DNA from: an uncultured Candidatus Rokubacteria bacterium
Lineage (GTDB): Bacteria > Methylomirabilota > Methylomirabilia > Rokubacteriales > CSP1-6
Direction: 5' to 3'
Length of the DNA stretch: 64,000 nucleotides
NCBI GenBank assembly: GCA_963789955.1
Contig: CAWBMV010000006.1
Coordinates: 442,265 to 506,264 of the forward strand
Of the stretch, positions 34,401 through 47,298 are shown in pieces; within the stretch, counting starts at the first letter, position 1, and every line of letters begins with the position of its first letter. The position numbers and the translations under genes are program-made. The notes below the pieces were generated by a model that saw nothing but the letters and a program-made list of their open reading frames with translations, ran no database searches and had not been told where the DNA came from.

Positions 34401-36062
34401 GACTCCATCGACGTCACCAGCTCCTCGCGGATCTGGTCGAGCGGCGGATTGGTCACCTGGGCGAAGAGCTGCTTGAAGTAGTCGTAGAGCGGCCGCGGCC
34501 GGTTCGAGAGCACCGCCAGCGACGTGTCGGTGCCCATCGAGCCGATGGGCTCCTCGCCGTTCTTGGCCATCGGCCCGAGGAGGATCCGGAGATCCTCGTG
34601 CGTGTAGCCGAATGCGATCTGCCGGGTCAGCACGGTCGCGTGGTCCGGGGCCGGCACGGGATGCGCCTTGAGCTCCTCGAGATGCACGAGATTGTCCCGG
34701 AGCCAGTCGGCGTACGGATGCTCGGCGGCCAGCTGGGCCTTGATCTCCTCGTCGTCGACGATCCGCCCCTGGGCGGTGTCGACCAGGAAGATCCGCCCGG
34801 GATGCAGCCGCTCCTTCATGAGGATCGTTCTCGGCCGGAATGTCCAGCACGCCGACCTCGGAGGCCATGACGACCATGTCGTCCGTGGTGACGTAGTACC
34901 GCGACGGACGCAGTCCGTTCCGGTCGAGCACGGCGCCGATGACGGTGCCGTCGGTGAACGCGATCGACGCCGGGCCGTCCCAGGGCTCCATCAGCGACGA
35001 GTGGTACTCGTAGAACGCCCGGCGCTCCGGGCTCATCGACTCGTGGTTCTGCCACGGCTCGGGGATCATCATGAGGATCGCGTGCGGCAGGGACCGCCCG
35101 TTCATCACGAGGAACTCGAGCACGTTGTCGAACGTCGCGGAGTCCGACAGGCCGTCGCGCGTCACCGGCAGGACCTTCTTCAGGTCGTCGCCCAGCAGCC
35201 GCCGACCGGCACAGCGCCTCGCGCGCCTTCATCCAGTTGATGTTGCCGCGCAGCGTGTTGATCTCGCCGTTGTGGGCGATGTAGCGGTACGGGTGCGCGA
35301 GCGGCCAGGACGGGAACGTGTTGGTGCTGAACCGCTGGTGCACGAGGGCCAGCGCCGATTCGAAGTCGGGATCGGTCAGATCGGGGAACATCGTCTCGAT
35401 CTGGTCCGCGCGAGAGCATGCCCTTGTAGATGAGCGTGTTCGAGCTCAGGCTCGGCATGTACGCGTACTTGCTTTCCGGAATGTCGAGCGCCGCCACGGC
35501 CTTCTCGATGCGCTTGCGGATCACGTAGAGCTTGCGCTCGAAGTGGGCGTGGTCGCGCACCGCCGGCCCGCGCCCGATGAACACCTGCATGATGTGCGGC
35601 TCGACGGACAGGGCGCTGGCCCCGATCAGGTGGTCGTCGGTCGGGACCTCGCGCCAGCCGAGGAGGCGCTGGCCCTCCTCGTCGACGATGGAGTGCAGAA
35701 GGGCGCGCACGATGTCGCGTTGCTCCGCGTCGCGCGGCAGGAACACGAATCCGCAGCCGTAGTCCTTGGCGCGGCGGCAGGGGAATGCCCAGGCGCCCGC
35801 ACTCGCGGCGGAGGAACTTGTCCGGAATCTGGATGAGGATGCCGGCGCCGTCCCCGGTGTTCGCCTCGCAGCCGCACGCGCCTCGATGGAGCAGGTTGAT
35901 GAGGACCGCGAGCGCTCGGCGCACGATCGTGTGGGAGCGCCGCCCTTTGATGTCCACGACGAATCCGACGCCGCACGCGTCGTGCTCGTGGCTGGGGTCG
36001 TAGAGCCCCTGAGCAGGAGGCGGTCCGCGGCACGCGCTCGGTCGACGCTGAGCTTCAGCCAT
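31469..36062 (-). CDS. gltB: Glutamate synthase large subunit, multiple frameshifts
   Basis: [48 protein letters not shown] and [10 protein letters not shown]. Confidence 0.93.
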
Positions 36063-36172
36063 CTGCATCCCCTTTTGTGAAAACAGTTGCACGATACTAC
36101 AGACGAACCACACTATTAGTCACCCCCAAAAAGCTGGATAGTAAGTATCAGAAACTGCTTATAATCTGCGCC

Positions 36173-37089
36173 GTGCATCTCGAGACCCTCCGCCTCTACT
36201 GCGACGTCGTTCGGCTCCGGAGCGTTCTCGCGCGGCGCGACGCAGAACTTCGTCTCCCAGTCGGCGGCCAGCCAGGCGATCCAGCAGCTCGAGGCCGAGC
36301 TGGGGGTCGCGCTCCTCGACCGGACCAAGCGGCCGTTCGTCGTGACGCCCGAGGGCCAGGCCTTCTACGGCGCCTGCCGGGATCTGCTCGAAGCGTGGGA
36401 CAAGGCCAAGGCCGGAGGTCGCGCGCGGTGAAGGCGCGGGTCGACGGAACGGTGCGGGTGGCGGCGATCTACTCGGTCGGCCTCCACGACGTGAGCCGCC
36501 ACATGCAGCGCTTCATGTCGCTCTATCCGGAAGCGCGCGTTCAGCTCGAGTGCCTGCACCCGCACAAGGTCGTCGAGGCGGTGCATCCAGGGCGAGGCCG
36601 ACGTCGGGATCATGTCGTATCCGCCGGCCGAGCGCGCGCTCTCGATCGTGCCGCTCCGGTCCGAGCCGATGGCGTTCGTGTGCCATCCGAACCACCGGCT
36701 GGCGCGGCGCCGCGTGGTCACGCCCGCGGACCTCAACGGCGAGACGTTCGTCGCCTTCGACGCCGGGTTGACGATCCGCAAGGCGATCGACCGCGCGCTC
36801 CGCCAGCACAACGTGCGGGTCAACATCGTGATGGAGTTCGACAACATCGAGACGATCAAGCAGGCGATCATCATCGCGGCGGGCGTGTCGCATTCTCCCG
36901 CGTCACACCGTGCAGAAGGAGGCGTCGATCCGCACGCTCGCCGTCGTCCCGATGGCGATCGCCGATCTCGTGCGGCCGGTCGGCCTGATCCATCGGCGCC
37001 AGAAGCCGCTGACGCCGACGGTCAGCCGGTTCATCCAGCTCCTGAAGGACGCCAGCGAAGAGCCGGCGCGCGCGACGTCGCACTCCTGA
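36173..37089 (+). CDS. LysR-family regulator divergent from gltB, several frameshifts
   Basis: HLETLRLYCDVV, SQSAASQAIQQLEAELGV.LLDR HTH and MEFDNIETIKQA; TATAAT at 36160-36165. Confidence 0.85.
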
Positions 37090-37156
37090 GGCGGTCGGGG
37101 TCCTCGCCATTGCCGCGCTCGGACTGAGGAGTTAGGATCGGATGCGGGGGGCAGTC

Positions 37157-37704
37157 ATGAGTGGTGAGTTCGAGGACGAGTACTCCGCGACGATCGACGA
37201 ATCTCTGACGAAGACCGACGACCTGCGCGAGAGCAGCGATGCGCTCCTGAACGACACCATCGCCGTCCTGGCCCCGGCCGAGCCGCTGTGCCTCGGCGAG
37301 AGCGGCCACCGTCCACGACGCCGTTCGGACCATGCTGGCTCACCGGCAGGCCGGGGTGCTGATCACGGACGGTCAAGGGCCGGCTCGCCGGAATCTTCAC
37401 CGAGCGCGACGTGCTGACGCGCGTGGTCGGCCGCGATCTCGATGCCCGGCGAACGACGCTCGGCGAGGTGATGACGCGCAAGCCGCAGGCGCTGACCGCG
37501 AGCGACCGGGTGGCCTTCGCCATCCACTGCATGAGCGTCGCCGGCTACCGGACGATCCCGCTGGTCGACGCCGAGGGCCGGCCCATCGGCGTGGTGACCG
37601 TCAGCGACGTGGTCCGCTGGCTCGCCGGCCTGTTCCCCGAGGCGGTGCTGAACTTGAGGCCAGGTGACGCGCTCAAGCGCCCCCACGAGGTCGACGCGGG
37701 CTGA
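37157..37704 (+). CDS. CBS-domain protein, frameshifted
   Basis: GIFTERDVLTRVV, GEVMT and YRTIPLVD.EGRPIGVV. Confidence 0.8.
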
Positions 37705-37906
37705 TGGAGCGCCCGGAAGCATCGCTGGTCGGACCGGCCAGGGGAGTCGGCCGTGGAACCTTGCCCGTGCCGTTCCGGTCCGATAGAATGACCAATGGTC
37801 TGCCGGTGCGTGACCTGACGCCGTCGGCAGGCAGCCTCTGTAGCGAATTTCCCGTGCCAGGCTCGCGGGATATGACTGCGCAAGGCGAACGAGGAGACAG
37901 GACGAG

Positions 37907-39776
37907 ATGGGCCAGATAGCGACTCCCGCCACTGGCGTCGAGAAGTCGCGCAAAGCGCTGGATCGGGCGGTGATCCGGTTTGCCGGCGACTCCGGCGACG
38001 GCATGCAGCTGACCGGCGAGCAGTTCACGACCGAATCCGCATGGGCAGGTAACGACCTCGCCACGCTTGCCGAACTTCCCGGCGGAGATTCGCGCGCCGG
38101 CCGGCACTCTGTTCGGTGTCTCGAGCTTCCAGCTCCAGTTCGGGAGCCAGCGTGTCTACACGCCGGGCGATCGCCTCGATTGTCTGGTCGCGATGAATCC
38201 CGCCGCGCTCAAGGTTCACCTGCGCGACCTCAAGACCGGCGGTCTGCTGATCGTGAACACGCAGGCGTTCGACAAGCGCAATCTGGACAAGGCGGGCTAC
38301 GCCGCGAATCCGCTCGACGAGCCGGCGCTGGCCGAGCGCTACCGCTTGCACAAGGTCGACATGACCGGCCTCACGCACGAGGCCATCAAGGATCTTCCGC
38401 TCAACACCAAGGAGAAGGACCGGACCAAGAACTTCTTCGCGCTCGGCCTGGTCTCGTGGATCTACACGCGGCCGCTCGAGCCGACCCTGGTCTGGATCGA
38501 GAAGCGGTTCGCCAAGAACAAGGACATCGCCGAGGCAAACACGCGCGTCCTGAAGGCCGGCCACGCCTTCGGCGAGACCGCGGAGATCTTCTCGCGAGCA
38601 CTACGCGGTCGAGCCCGCCGAGATGGCGCCCGGCCTCTACCGGGCGATGACCGGCAACCGCGCCCTCGCGTGGGGCATTCTCGCGGCCGCTCAACTGTCC
38701 AAGGTCCCGGTCGTCTACGGCGCGTACCCGATCACGCCGGCCAGCGACATCCTGCACGAGCTGGCCATGCACAAGCGCTTCCGCGTGCGGACGATCCAGG
38801 CCGAGGACGAGATCGCCGCCGTGACCGCGGCGATCGGCGCCGCGTTCGGCGGCGCCATCGGCGTCACTGCCTCGAGCGGTCCGGGAATCGCGCTCAAGAG
38901 CGAGGGTATCGGCCTTGCCGTGACGGCCGAGCTGCCGCTCGTCATCCTGAACGTCCAGCGCGCTGGCCCGTCGACCGGCATGCCCACGAAGACCGAGCAG
39001 GCCGACCTCATGCAGGCGCTCTACGGCCGCAACAGCGAGGCGCCGGTGGTCGTGCTGGCGCCGGCCACGCCCGGCGACTGCTTCTACATCGCCTACGAGG
39101 CCGTTCGGCTCGCCGCCAAGTACATGGTGCCGGTGATCGTGCTGAGCGACGGGTTCCTGGCCAACGGCTCGGAGCCGTGGCTCATCCCCGACGTGACGAA
39201 GCTACCGCCGATCGAGATCACGTTCAGGACGGAGCAGGAAGGCTTCTTCCCGTATCTCCGCGATCCGGCCACTCTCGCGCGGCCGTGGGTGCGGCCGGGC
39301 ACGCCGGGTCTCGAGCACCGTATCGGCGGCATCGAGAAGCAGGACGTCACCGGGAACATCTCCTACGATCCGGAGAACCACGACCACATGGTGCGTACGC
39401 GCGCCGAGAAGGTGCGGCGCGTGGGTCAGGAGATCCCGCCGACGTCGATCAACGGTCCGGCGACCGGCGATCTGCTGGTGGTGGGCTGGGGCGGCACCTA
39501 CGGCGCGATCACGGCCGCGGTCGAGCAAGCGCAGACGGCCGGGAAGTCCGTCGCCTCGGTCCACCTCCGCCATCTCAATCCACTTCCACCGGATCTCGGC
39601 CACATCTTGCGCGAATACCGTAAGGTGCTGGTGCCCGAGATCAACAGCGGACAGCTCGTGCGGGTACTCCGCGCCGAATACCTGGTGGACGCGGTCGGGT
39701 TCAATCGGGTCCGCGGTCTGCCGCTCGCGTCCGAGGAAATCTACGAAGCCATCAACCAGCTTCTCGGGAGCAAGCC

Positions 39777-39780
<4 letters not shown>
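37907..39780 (+). CDS. korA: 2-oxoacid:ferredoxin oxidoreductase alpha subunit, frameshifts near 38068 and 38595
   Basis: [38 protein letters not shown] and [15 protein letters not shown]. Confidence 0.9.
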
Positions 39781-40805
<1,025 letters not shown>

Positions 40806-40827
40806 CCCGCCGCGCGGGGCGTTTCGC

Positions 40828-42274
40828 ATGCCCCTGAGTGGTCCGTTCCTCCAGGAGCTCGAGCGCATCGTGGGCGCCAACGGCTTGGTGCGCACCCTCG
40901 AAGGCCGCCTCGTCTACGAGTGCGACATGCACACCTTCTACAAGGGCGCTCCCGACGCCGTCGCCCTGCCGAAGAGCTCCGACGAGGTGGTCGAGATCGT
41001 CAACCTCTGCCGGCGCGAGCGGGTGCCCATCGTGCCGCGCGGCTCCGGCACCGGCCTGATCGGCGGGGCCATGGCGCCCGTCGGCGGTGTCATGATCGGG
41101 ACCAACCGGATGGATGCCATCCTCGAAGTCGACTACCCCAACCGGTGCGCCACCGTCCAGCCGGGCCTGATCAACCTCTCTCTCACCCGCGCCGTCGCAA
41201 GCCGCGGATATTTCTTCGCGCCCGGATCCGTCGAGTCAGATGGTCTCCTCGATCGGCGGCAACGTTGCGACCAACGCCGGCGGCCCGCATTGCCTCAAGT
41301 ACGGGATCACCACCAACCACATCCTCGGCATCGAGCTGGTGACCGGGACCGGCGAGCTCGTCCGCCTGGGAGGCAAGGCCGCGGATCGGCCCGGCTACGA
41401 CTTGCTGGGTGCGGCCGTGGGCTCCGAAGGCACGTTCGGCATCGTGACGGCGGTCACCGTGCGGCTCCTGCACGCGGCCGAGGCGGTGAAGACGATCCTC
41501 GCCTCGTTCACGGCGATCGAGGACGCCTCCGAAGCGGTCTCGGCGATCATCGCGGCCGGCATCGTCCCCGCGGCGCTCGAGATGCTCGACGAGCTGATGA
41601 TCCGCGCGATCAACGAGGGTACCGGCGCCGGCTACCCGAAGGACGCCGCGGCCGTCCTCCTGATCGAGCTGGACGGTCCGTCCGCCGAAGTCGAGGCGCA
41701 GGGTGAGCGCGCGGCGCGGATCTGCTGGGAGCGCGGCGCCCTCGAGGTGCGCGTCGCCGCCGACGTCGCGGAGCGCGCGCTCCTCTGGAAGGGACGCAAA
41801 GAGGCGGCGGGGGCGGTGGGGCGCCTGGCGCCGACCTATCTCCTGCAGGACGCCGTGGTCCCGCGCTCCAAGCTGCCGGCGATCATGCGCGAGCTGATCG
41901 CGATCGGCGCTCGCCACCGCGTGCAGATCGCCAACGTGTTCCACGCCGGCGACGGCAACCTGCATCCGCTCATCCTCTACGACGACCGGGAGCCGGCCCA
42001 GCTCGAGCGCGCGAAAGCCGCGAACGAGGAGCTGCTGCGCGCCTGCATCGAGATGGGCGGCACGGTGACCGGAGAGCACGGCGTCGGCATGGACAAGGCG
42101 AAGAATCTCCCGCTCCAGTACGCCGAAGCGGACCTGAACTTCATGTATCGGTTGAGGCGCGTGTTCGACCCCGACTCGATCATGAACCCCGGCAAGCTCC
42201 TGCCCTCGCACCCCGCCTGCGGCGAGGGATTCCGTCCCGCGCGACCCCACGTGCCCGCCGGCGCCTGGATCTAG
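40828..42274 (+). CDS. glcD: Glycolate oxidase FAD subunit GlcD, frameshift near 41220
   Basis: PRGSGTGL.GG, NAGGPHCLKYG, GSEGTFG, HAGDGNLHP, GEHGVG and NPGK. Confidence 0.88.
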
Positions 42275-42281
42275 GGCCGCG

Positions 42282-43601
42282 ATGTCCGTCGCGGCACGCT
42301 CGATCGGCGAGGCCTTCGTCGCGATCGCCGGTCGCGACCGGGTCCGCGACGACGCGGACGCGCTGGCCGCGGCCGCGATCGACGGTCTTCCGCCTCGGTG
42401 GATCGTGCGTCCGGCCTCGATCGACCAGCTGAGCCGTGTGCTAGCTCTGGCCTGCGACGGTCGACTCGCCGTGATCCCGCGCGGCGCCGGAACCTCGCTC
42501 CAGCTCGGCAACCCGCCGGCGCGCGTCGACGTCGTGCTCGATCTCGCCGGCCTCGATCAGGTCATCGAATACAACCCGGACGACCTCACGATCACGGTGC
42601 AAGCGGGAATCACCGCCGGCGCGCTCGGCGCGGTGCTCGCGCCCCATCGACAGTGGCTGACGCTCGACCCGCCCGGTGTCGCGGCGCGGACCATCGGCGG
42701 CATCGCCGCGACCAACGCGAGCGGCCCGCTGCGCGCCCGATACGGCACCTCGCGCGACTTGCTGCTCGGGGTGCGCTTCGTGCAGGCCGACGGCGTCGCA
42801 ACCTGGGGCGGGTCGAAGGTCGTGAAGTCGGTGAGCGGCTACGACGTTCCCAAGCTCATGGTCGGGGCGCTCGGCACCTTGGGCGTCCTCGCCGAGATGA
42901 CGCTCCGGCTCCATCCGCTCCCGGAGACCGAACGCACGTGGCTCATCGTCTTCGACTCCGCCCGGGCGGCGCAGGCCCTCGTCGAGCGAATCGTCGATTC
43001 CGCGCTTCAGCCGAACCGGCTCGAGATCTTCAACGAGGGCGCGCTCAGGCTCGTGTCGGCCGAGTCCTCCGGCGTCGGGGTCGCGGTCTCGATCGGCAGC
43101 GTGGCGGAGGCGGTGCGCGAGCAGGGCGAGCGCCTGACGGAGATCGCGAGGTCGAGCGGCCGGCGTATCGTCCCGGTGCCGGATGGATTCTGGGGCCGAG
43201 CGGAGTCAGCGATGGCAGCTCCGCAGGGCTCGACGGTGCTCCACGTGGCCGCGCTCGCCGATCGGCTCGCGGGCACCATCGGCGCAGTCGAGGACGCGTT
43301 CCAGGTGGCGGCGCCCGGAGCCGAGGTCCGGCTGGGCGGCTCCGCGGCGCTGGGGACGCTTCGTGTCCTCGTGAGCGGCGCGCGGATCGCCGAGATCGCC
43401 GCGGTCACGACGCGGATCCGGGTGCTGGTCGACGAGGTTGGAGGCAGCGTCGTCGTCGCTCAGGGCCCCGCCGAGCTGCGCAGAGCAGTCGACGCCTGGG
43501 GGCCGGTGGAGCCCGGCGCCTTCGCGCTCATGCGGGCCCTGCGCGACGAGTTCGATGCCGGACGTGTGCTGAATCCCGGCCGCTACGTCGGCGGCCTCTG
43601 A
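42282..43601 (+). CDS. glcE: Glycolate oxidase subunit GlcE
   Basis: DLTITVQAG, TIGG, GSKVVKSVSGYDVPKL and LNPGR; between glcD and glcF. Confidence 0.85.
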   Translation: MSVAARSIGEAFVAIAGRDRVRDDADALAAAAIDGLPPRWIVRPASIDQLSRVLALACDGRLAVIPRGAGTSLQLGNPPARVDVVLDLAGLDQVIEYNPDDLTITVQAGITAGALGAVLAPHRQWLTLDPPGVAARTIGGIAATNASGPLRARYGTSRDLLLGVRFVQADGVATWGGSKVVKSVSGYDVPKLMVGALGTLGVLAEMTLRLHPLPETERTWLIVFDSARAAQALVERIVDSALQPNRLEIFNEGALRLVSAESSGVGVAVSIGSVAEAVREQGERLTEIARSSGRRIVPVPDGFWGRAESAMAAPQGSTVLHVAALADRLAGTIGAVEDAFQVAAPGAEVRLGGSAALGTLRVLVSGARIAEIAAVTTRIRVLVDEVGGSVVVAQGPAELRRAVDAWGPVEPGAFALMRALRDEFDAGRVLNPGRYVGGL

Positions 43602-44851
43602 TGGCCTCGGGCGCGCCCCACACCAACGTGCCGGATCTCGACGAGATCAGGAAGTGCGTGCATTGCGGCATCTGTCTTCCGCAGTGCCCGACCTACCGCG
43701 TGCTCGGCGAGGAGATGGACTCGCCGCGCGGCCGCATCTACCTGATGCGCGCGTCCGCCGAGGGCCGGGTAGGGTTGACCGAGACGTTCCAGCGCCACAT
43801 CGATCTCTGTCTCGGCTGCCGGGCGTGCGAGACGGCGTGCCCGTCGGGTGTCAGATTCGGGTCACTCCTCGAAGCCACGCGTGCCCAGCTGCGGCAAAGC
43901 GGACCGCCGGCGAAGCATCGGCTCCTGGAAGCGTTCGTGTTCGCGGTCTTCCCGGAGCCCGCGCGGCTCGGCGCCGCCCTCGCGGCGTTCAAGCTCTACA
44001 AGCGCTCGGGCGTTCGCGCGCTCGTTCGCGCGAGCGGCCTGTTGCGCAGGTTGCCGGGACTCGCCGCGATGGAGGCGCTGCTCGACGACGTCCCCGCGGC
44101 GACGCCGATGCCCGAGATGGTTCCGGCGCGCGGGCGCTCGGTCGGGCGCGTCGGGCTCCTCACGGGCTGTGTCCAGCGCCATCTCTACCCGAACGTGAAC
44201 CGAGACACCGCCCGGTTGCTCTCGCTCGCCGGTTTCGACGTCGTGATCCCGCGCGGGCAGGGCTGCTGCGGCGCCCTCGAGCTCCATGCCGGCCGGGCCG
44301 ATGCGTATGACGCCCGCGCGCGGGCGCTGGCGGCGGCGTTTCCCGCGGACCTCGACTTCGTCGTCACCAACGCGGCCGGCTGCGGCTCGACCATGAAGGA
44401 GTACGGCCACCGTGCCCCGGATCTCGCGGCCTTCGGGGCACGGGTCCGCGACGTCACGGAGGTGCTGGCCGGAGCCGACCTCCCGCTCGGTCCGCTCGAC
44501 CTGACGGTGACGTACCACGACGCGTGTCACCTGGTGCACGGCCAGCGCCTGCGGCAGGAGCCCCGTCAGCTCCTTGCGCGAATCCCCGGGCTCAGGCTCG
44601 TCGAGCTCGGCGAGAGCGATCTCTGCTGCGGCAGCGCCGGCATCTACAACCTCCTCGAGCCCGGCATGGCGCGCGAGCTCCTGGACCGTAAGCTCGACCG
44701 CATCGCCGAGACCGGCGCGCGGGTGGTGGCGGCCGCGAACCCGGGTTGCCTTCTCCAGATCGCCTGGGGGTGCCGCGAGCGCGGTCTGGACGTGGCGATC
44801 GTTCATCCCGTAGAGTTGCTGGCAAGAGCCGCCGATGCGTATCAGGCTTAA
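43601..44851 (+). CDS. glcF: Glycolate oxidase Fe-S subunit GlcF
   Basis: CVHCGICLPQCP, DSPRGRI, CLGCRACETACPSGV, two CCG domains and YHDACHL. Confidence 0.9.
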   Translation: MASGAPHTNVPDLDEIRKCVHCGICLPQCPTYRVLGEEMDSPRGRIYLMRASAEGRVGLTETFQRHIDLCLGCRACETACPSGVRFGSLLEATRAQLRQSGPPAKHRLLEAFVFAVFPEPARLGAALAAFKLYKRSGVRALVRASGLLRRLPGLAAMEALLDDVPAATPMPEMVPARGRSVGRVGLLTGCVQRHLYPNVNRDTARLLSLAGFDVVIPRGQGCCGALELHAGRADAYDARARALAAAFPADLDFVVTNAAGCGSTMKEYGHRAPDLAAFGARVRDVTEVLAGADLPLGPLDLTVTYHDACHLVHGQRLRQEPRQLLARIPGLRLVELGESDLCCGSAGIYNLLEPGMARELLDRKLDRIAETGARVVAAANPGCLLQIAWGCRERGLDVAIVHPVELLARAADAYQA

Positions 44852-45158
44852 GGACCACGCGAAGCTCCAGCCCGACAAGATGGCGAAGATCGCCCTGGCC
44901 GCCACGCCGCGCGCGCTGCTCGATCTCTACTGCGTGGCGCCCGGTCAGGAGCAGAAGCCGCACACCCACGGGGACCAGGACAAGTTCTACGTCGTCCTGG
45001 AGGGGCGCGGGCGATTCCGGCTCGGCGCCGCCGAGCACGCCCTGGAGGCCGGGGACGCGCTGGTCGCGCCCGCCGGTGTCGAGCATGGGCTCGTCAACGA
45101 CGGTGACGCGCGCCTGCTCGTCGTCGTCCTGGTGACGCCACCGCCGCCGCACGCATGA
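44835..45158 (+). CDS. Cupin-domain protein
   Basis: PGQEQKPHTH..QDKFY and GD.LVAPAGVEHG. Confidence 0.85.
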   Translation: MRIRLKDHAKLQPDKMAKIALAATPRALLDLYCVAPGQEQKPHTHGDQDKFYVVLEGRGRFRLGAAEHALEAGDALVAPAGVEHGLVNDGDARLLVVVLVTPPPPHA

Positions 45159-45883
45159 CCGATCGGCGCGCGTCGCTGATGGTCACGTGCCTCGGCGACC
45201 TCTTCTTCCCCGAAGTCGGCGTCTCGATCGTGCGGCTCTTGCGAAAGCTCGGCGTCACCGTCGATGTGCCGGCCGACCAGACGTGCTGCGGACTTCCGCT
45301 GTTCAACTCCGGCTATCACGCCGACGCCGCGGCGGTCGCCCGACGCACGGTGACGCTGTTCAAGGATTCCGAGCACGTCGTGGTCCCATCGGGCTCCTGC
45401 GCATGGATGGTCAAGCACGAGTATCCCGGACTCCTGGCCGACACACCGCTCGCGCGCGCGGCGAGTGAGCTGGCGGCGCGCACGCACGAGTTCTCGCAGT
45501 TCCTGGTCCGCGTGCTCGGCGTGACCGAATTCACCGCGGCCGTGCCCGGCCGCGTCACGTACCACGATTCGTGTCACCTCTTGCGCGGGCTCCACGAGTC
45601 CGAGAGCCCCCGGACGCTCCTCGGCAAGCTCAAGGGCGCCGAGCTGGTCCCGCTGCCGGGCGCCGACGAGTGCTGCGGCTTCGGCGGCTCGTTCGCGGTC
45701 CGCCTGCCCGAGGTGTCCTCGCAGATCCTGGCCAAGAAGCTCGCGAACGTCGAGTCGACCGGCGCCGGCTGTCTCGTCGCCTGCGACGCCGGCTGCCTCA
45801 TGCAGATGGGCGGCGGGCTCACGCGCGCGAAGTCGCGGGTGCGCGCGGTCCATCTGGCCGAGCTCCTGGACGGTGGGCGGTGA
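45155..45883 (+). CDS. lutA: L-lactate utilisation CCG-domain subunit LutA/LldE
   Basis: TCLGD.FFP, QTCCG.P.FNSG, YHDSCH and ECCGFGG.F. Confidence 0.88.
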   Translation: MTDRRASLMVTCLGDLFFPEVGVSIVRLLRKLGVTVDVPADQTCCGLPLFNSGYHADAAAVARRTVTLFKDSEHVVVPSGSCAWMVKHEYPGLLADTPLARAASELAARTHEFSQFLVRVLGVTEFTAAVPGRVTYHDSCHLLRGLHESESPRTLLGKLKGAELVPLPGADECCGFGGSFAVRLPEVSSQILAKKLANVESTGAGCLVACDAGCLMQMGGGLTRAKSRVRAVHLAELLDGGR

Positions 45884-47298
45884 GCGACGCGGAGCTGGCG
45901 ACTCCGTTCCGGCAGCGCGCCGGCGGCGCGATGAAGGACACGTTTCTCCAGGAAGCCCTGACGATCGCGACGACCAAGTTCATCGACCTCCGACGTGACG
46001 CGTTCGCGGGCTTCCCCGAGGGCGAGGCGCTTCGCGACCAGGCCCGCGCGATCAAGGAGGCGACTCTCCAGCACCTCGATCAGCACCTCGAGACCTTGAT
46101 CGGCAACGTCGAGCGCCTCGGCGGGCACGTCCACTACGCGGCGACATCGGCCGAGGCGCGCTCGATCATCGTCGACATCGCGCGACGGACCGGCGCGAAG
46201 ATGGCGGTGAAGTCGAAGTCGATGGCGACCGAGGAGATTCATCTCAACGAGGCGCTGGAGGCGGCCGGGGTCACGCCGGTCGAGACGGACCTGGGCGAGT
46301 ACATCATCCAGCTGGCGCACGAGCGCCCCTCGCACATCATCGCGCCCGCGATCCACAAGACGAAGGGCCAGGTGGCGGAGCTCTTCAGCCGGGAGCTCAA
46401 GCGCCCGGCCGAGCCCGATCCCGAGGCGTTGACCCGGATCGCCCGCGGCGAGCTGCGCGAGAAGTTCCTGCAGGCCGACCTCGGGATCACCGGCGCGAAC
46501 TTCGCCGTCGCGGACACCGGCACGGTCGTTCTCGTCACCAACGAGGGCAACGGCCGGATGGTCACCTCGCTGCCGCGGGTCCACGTGGCGGTCATGGGCG
46601 TCGAGAAGGTCGTGCCTTCGTTCACCGACCTCATGGTGTTCCTGGCGATCCTGGCGAAGAGCGCCACGGGGCAGAAGCTCTCCGTGTATACATCGCTGGT
46701 CCAGGGGCCACGGCGGGCAGGCGAGCTCGAGGGCCCCGAGGAATTCCATCTCGTGCTGCTCGACGGCGGTCGGATCGCGCAGATCGATGGGCCGCTGCGC
46801 GAGGCGCTCTCGTGCCTGCGCTGCGGCGCCTGCCTGAACGTCTGCCCCGTGTACCGGCAGATCGGCGGCCACGCCTACGGCTACACGTATCCCGGCCCGA
46901 TCGGCATCCTCCTGACCGCGATGCTCGAGGGCACGCCCGCCGTCAGGGACCTCGCCCACGCGTCGTCGCTCTGCGGCGCCTGCGCCGACGCGTGCCCCGT
47001 GCGGATCGACATTCCGCGCATGCTGATCGAGCTGCGCCGCGAGGTCGACGACAAGAAGATCGCGCCGTGGACGGAGCGGGTCGCGTTCAAGCTCCTGGCC
47101 ATGCTGCTCCAGCGCCCGCGGATCTACGGGTTCGCGGCGAAAGCCGGCCGGCTCTTGCAGCGGCCCTTCGCCCGTGACGGGCGCATCGGCCGGCTCCCGC
47201 TCTTCTTCGGCGAGTGGACGCGCACGCGCGATCTACCGCCCATAGCCGCGCGCACGTTCCAGGAGCGCTGGGCCTCGGAGAAGGATCTGCGGGCGTGA
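45880..47298 (+). CDS. lutB: L-lactate utilisation Fe-S subunit LutB/LldF
   Basis: KSKSM.TEEI, ETDLGEYIIQL, PSHIIAPAIH, CLRCGACLNVCPVY and SSLCGAC..ACPV. Confidence 0.92.
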   Translation: MSDAELATPFRQRAGGAMKDTFLQEALTIATTKFIDLRRDAFAGFPEGEALRDQARAIKEATLQHLDQHLETLIGNVERLGGHVHYAATSAEARSIIVDIARRTGAKMAVKSKSMATEEIHLNEALEAAGVTPVETDLGEYIIQLAHERPSHIIAPAIHKTKGQVAELFSRELKRPAEPDPEALTRIARGELREKFLQADLGITGANFAVADTGTVVLVTNEGNGRMVTSLPRVHVAVMGVEKVVPSFTDLMVFLAILAKSATGQKLSVYTSLVQGPRRAGELEGPEEFHLVLLDGGRIAQIDGPLREALSCLRCGACLNVCPVYRQIGGHAYGYTYPGPIGILLTAMLEGTPAVRDLAHASSLCGACADACPVRIDIPRMLIELRREVDDKKIAPWTERVAFKLLAMLLQRPRIYGFAAKAGRLLQRPFARDGRIGRLPLFFGEWTRTRDLPPIAARTFQERWASEKDLRA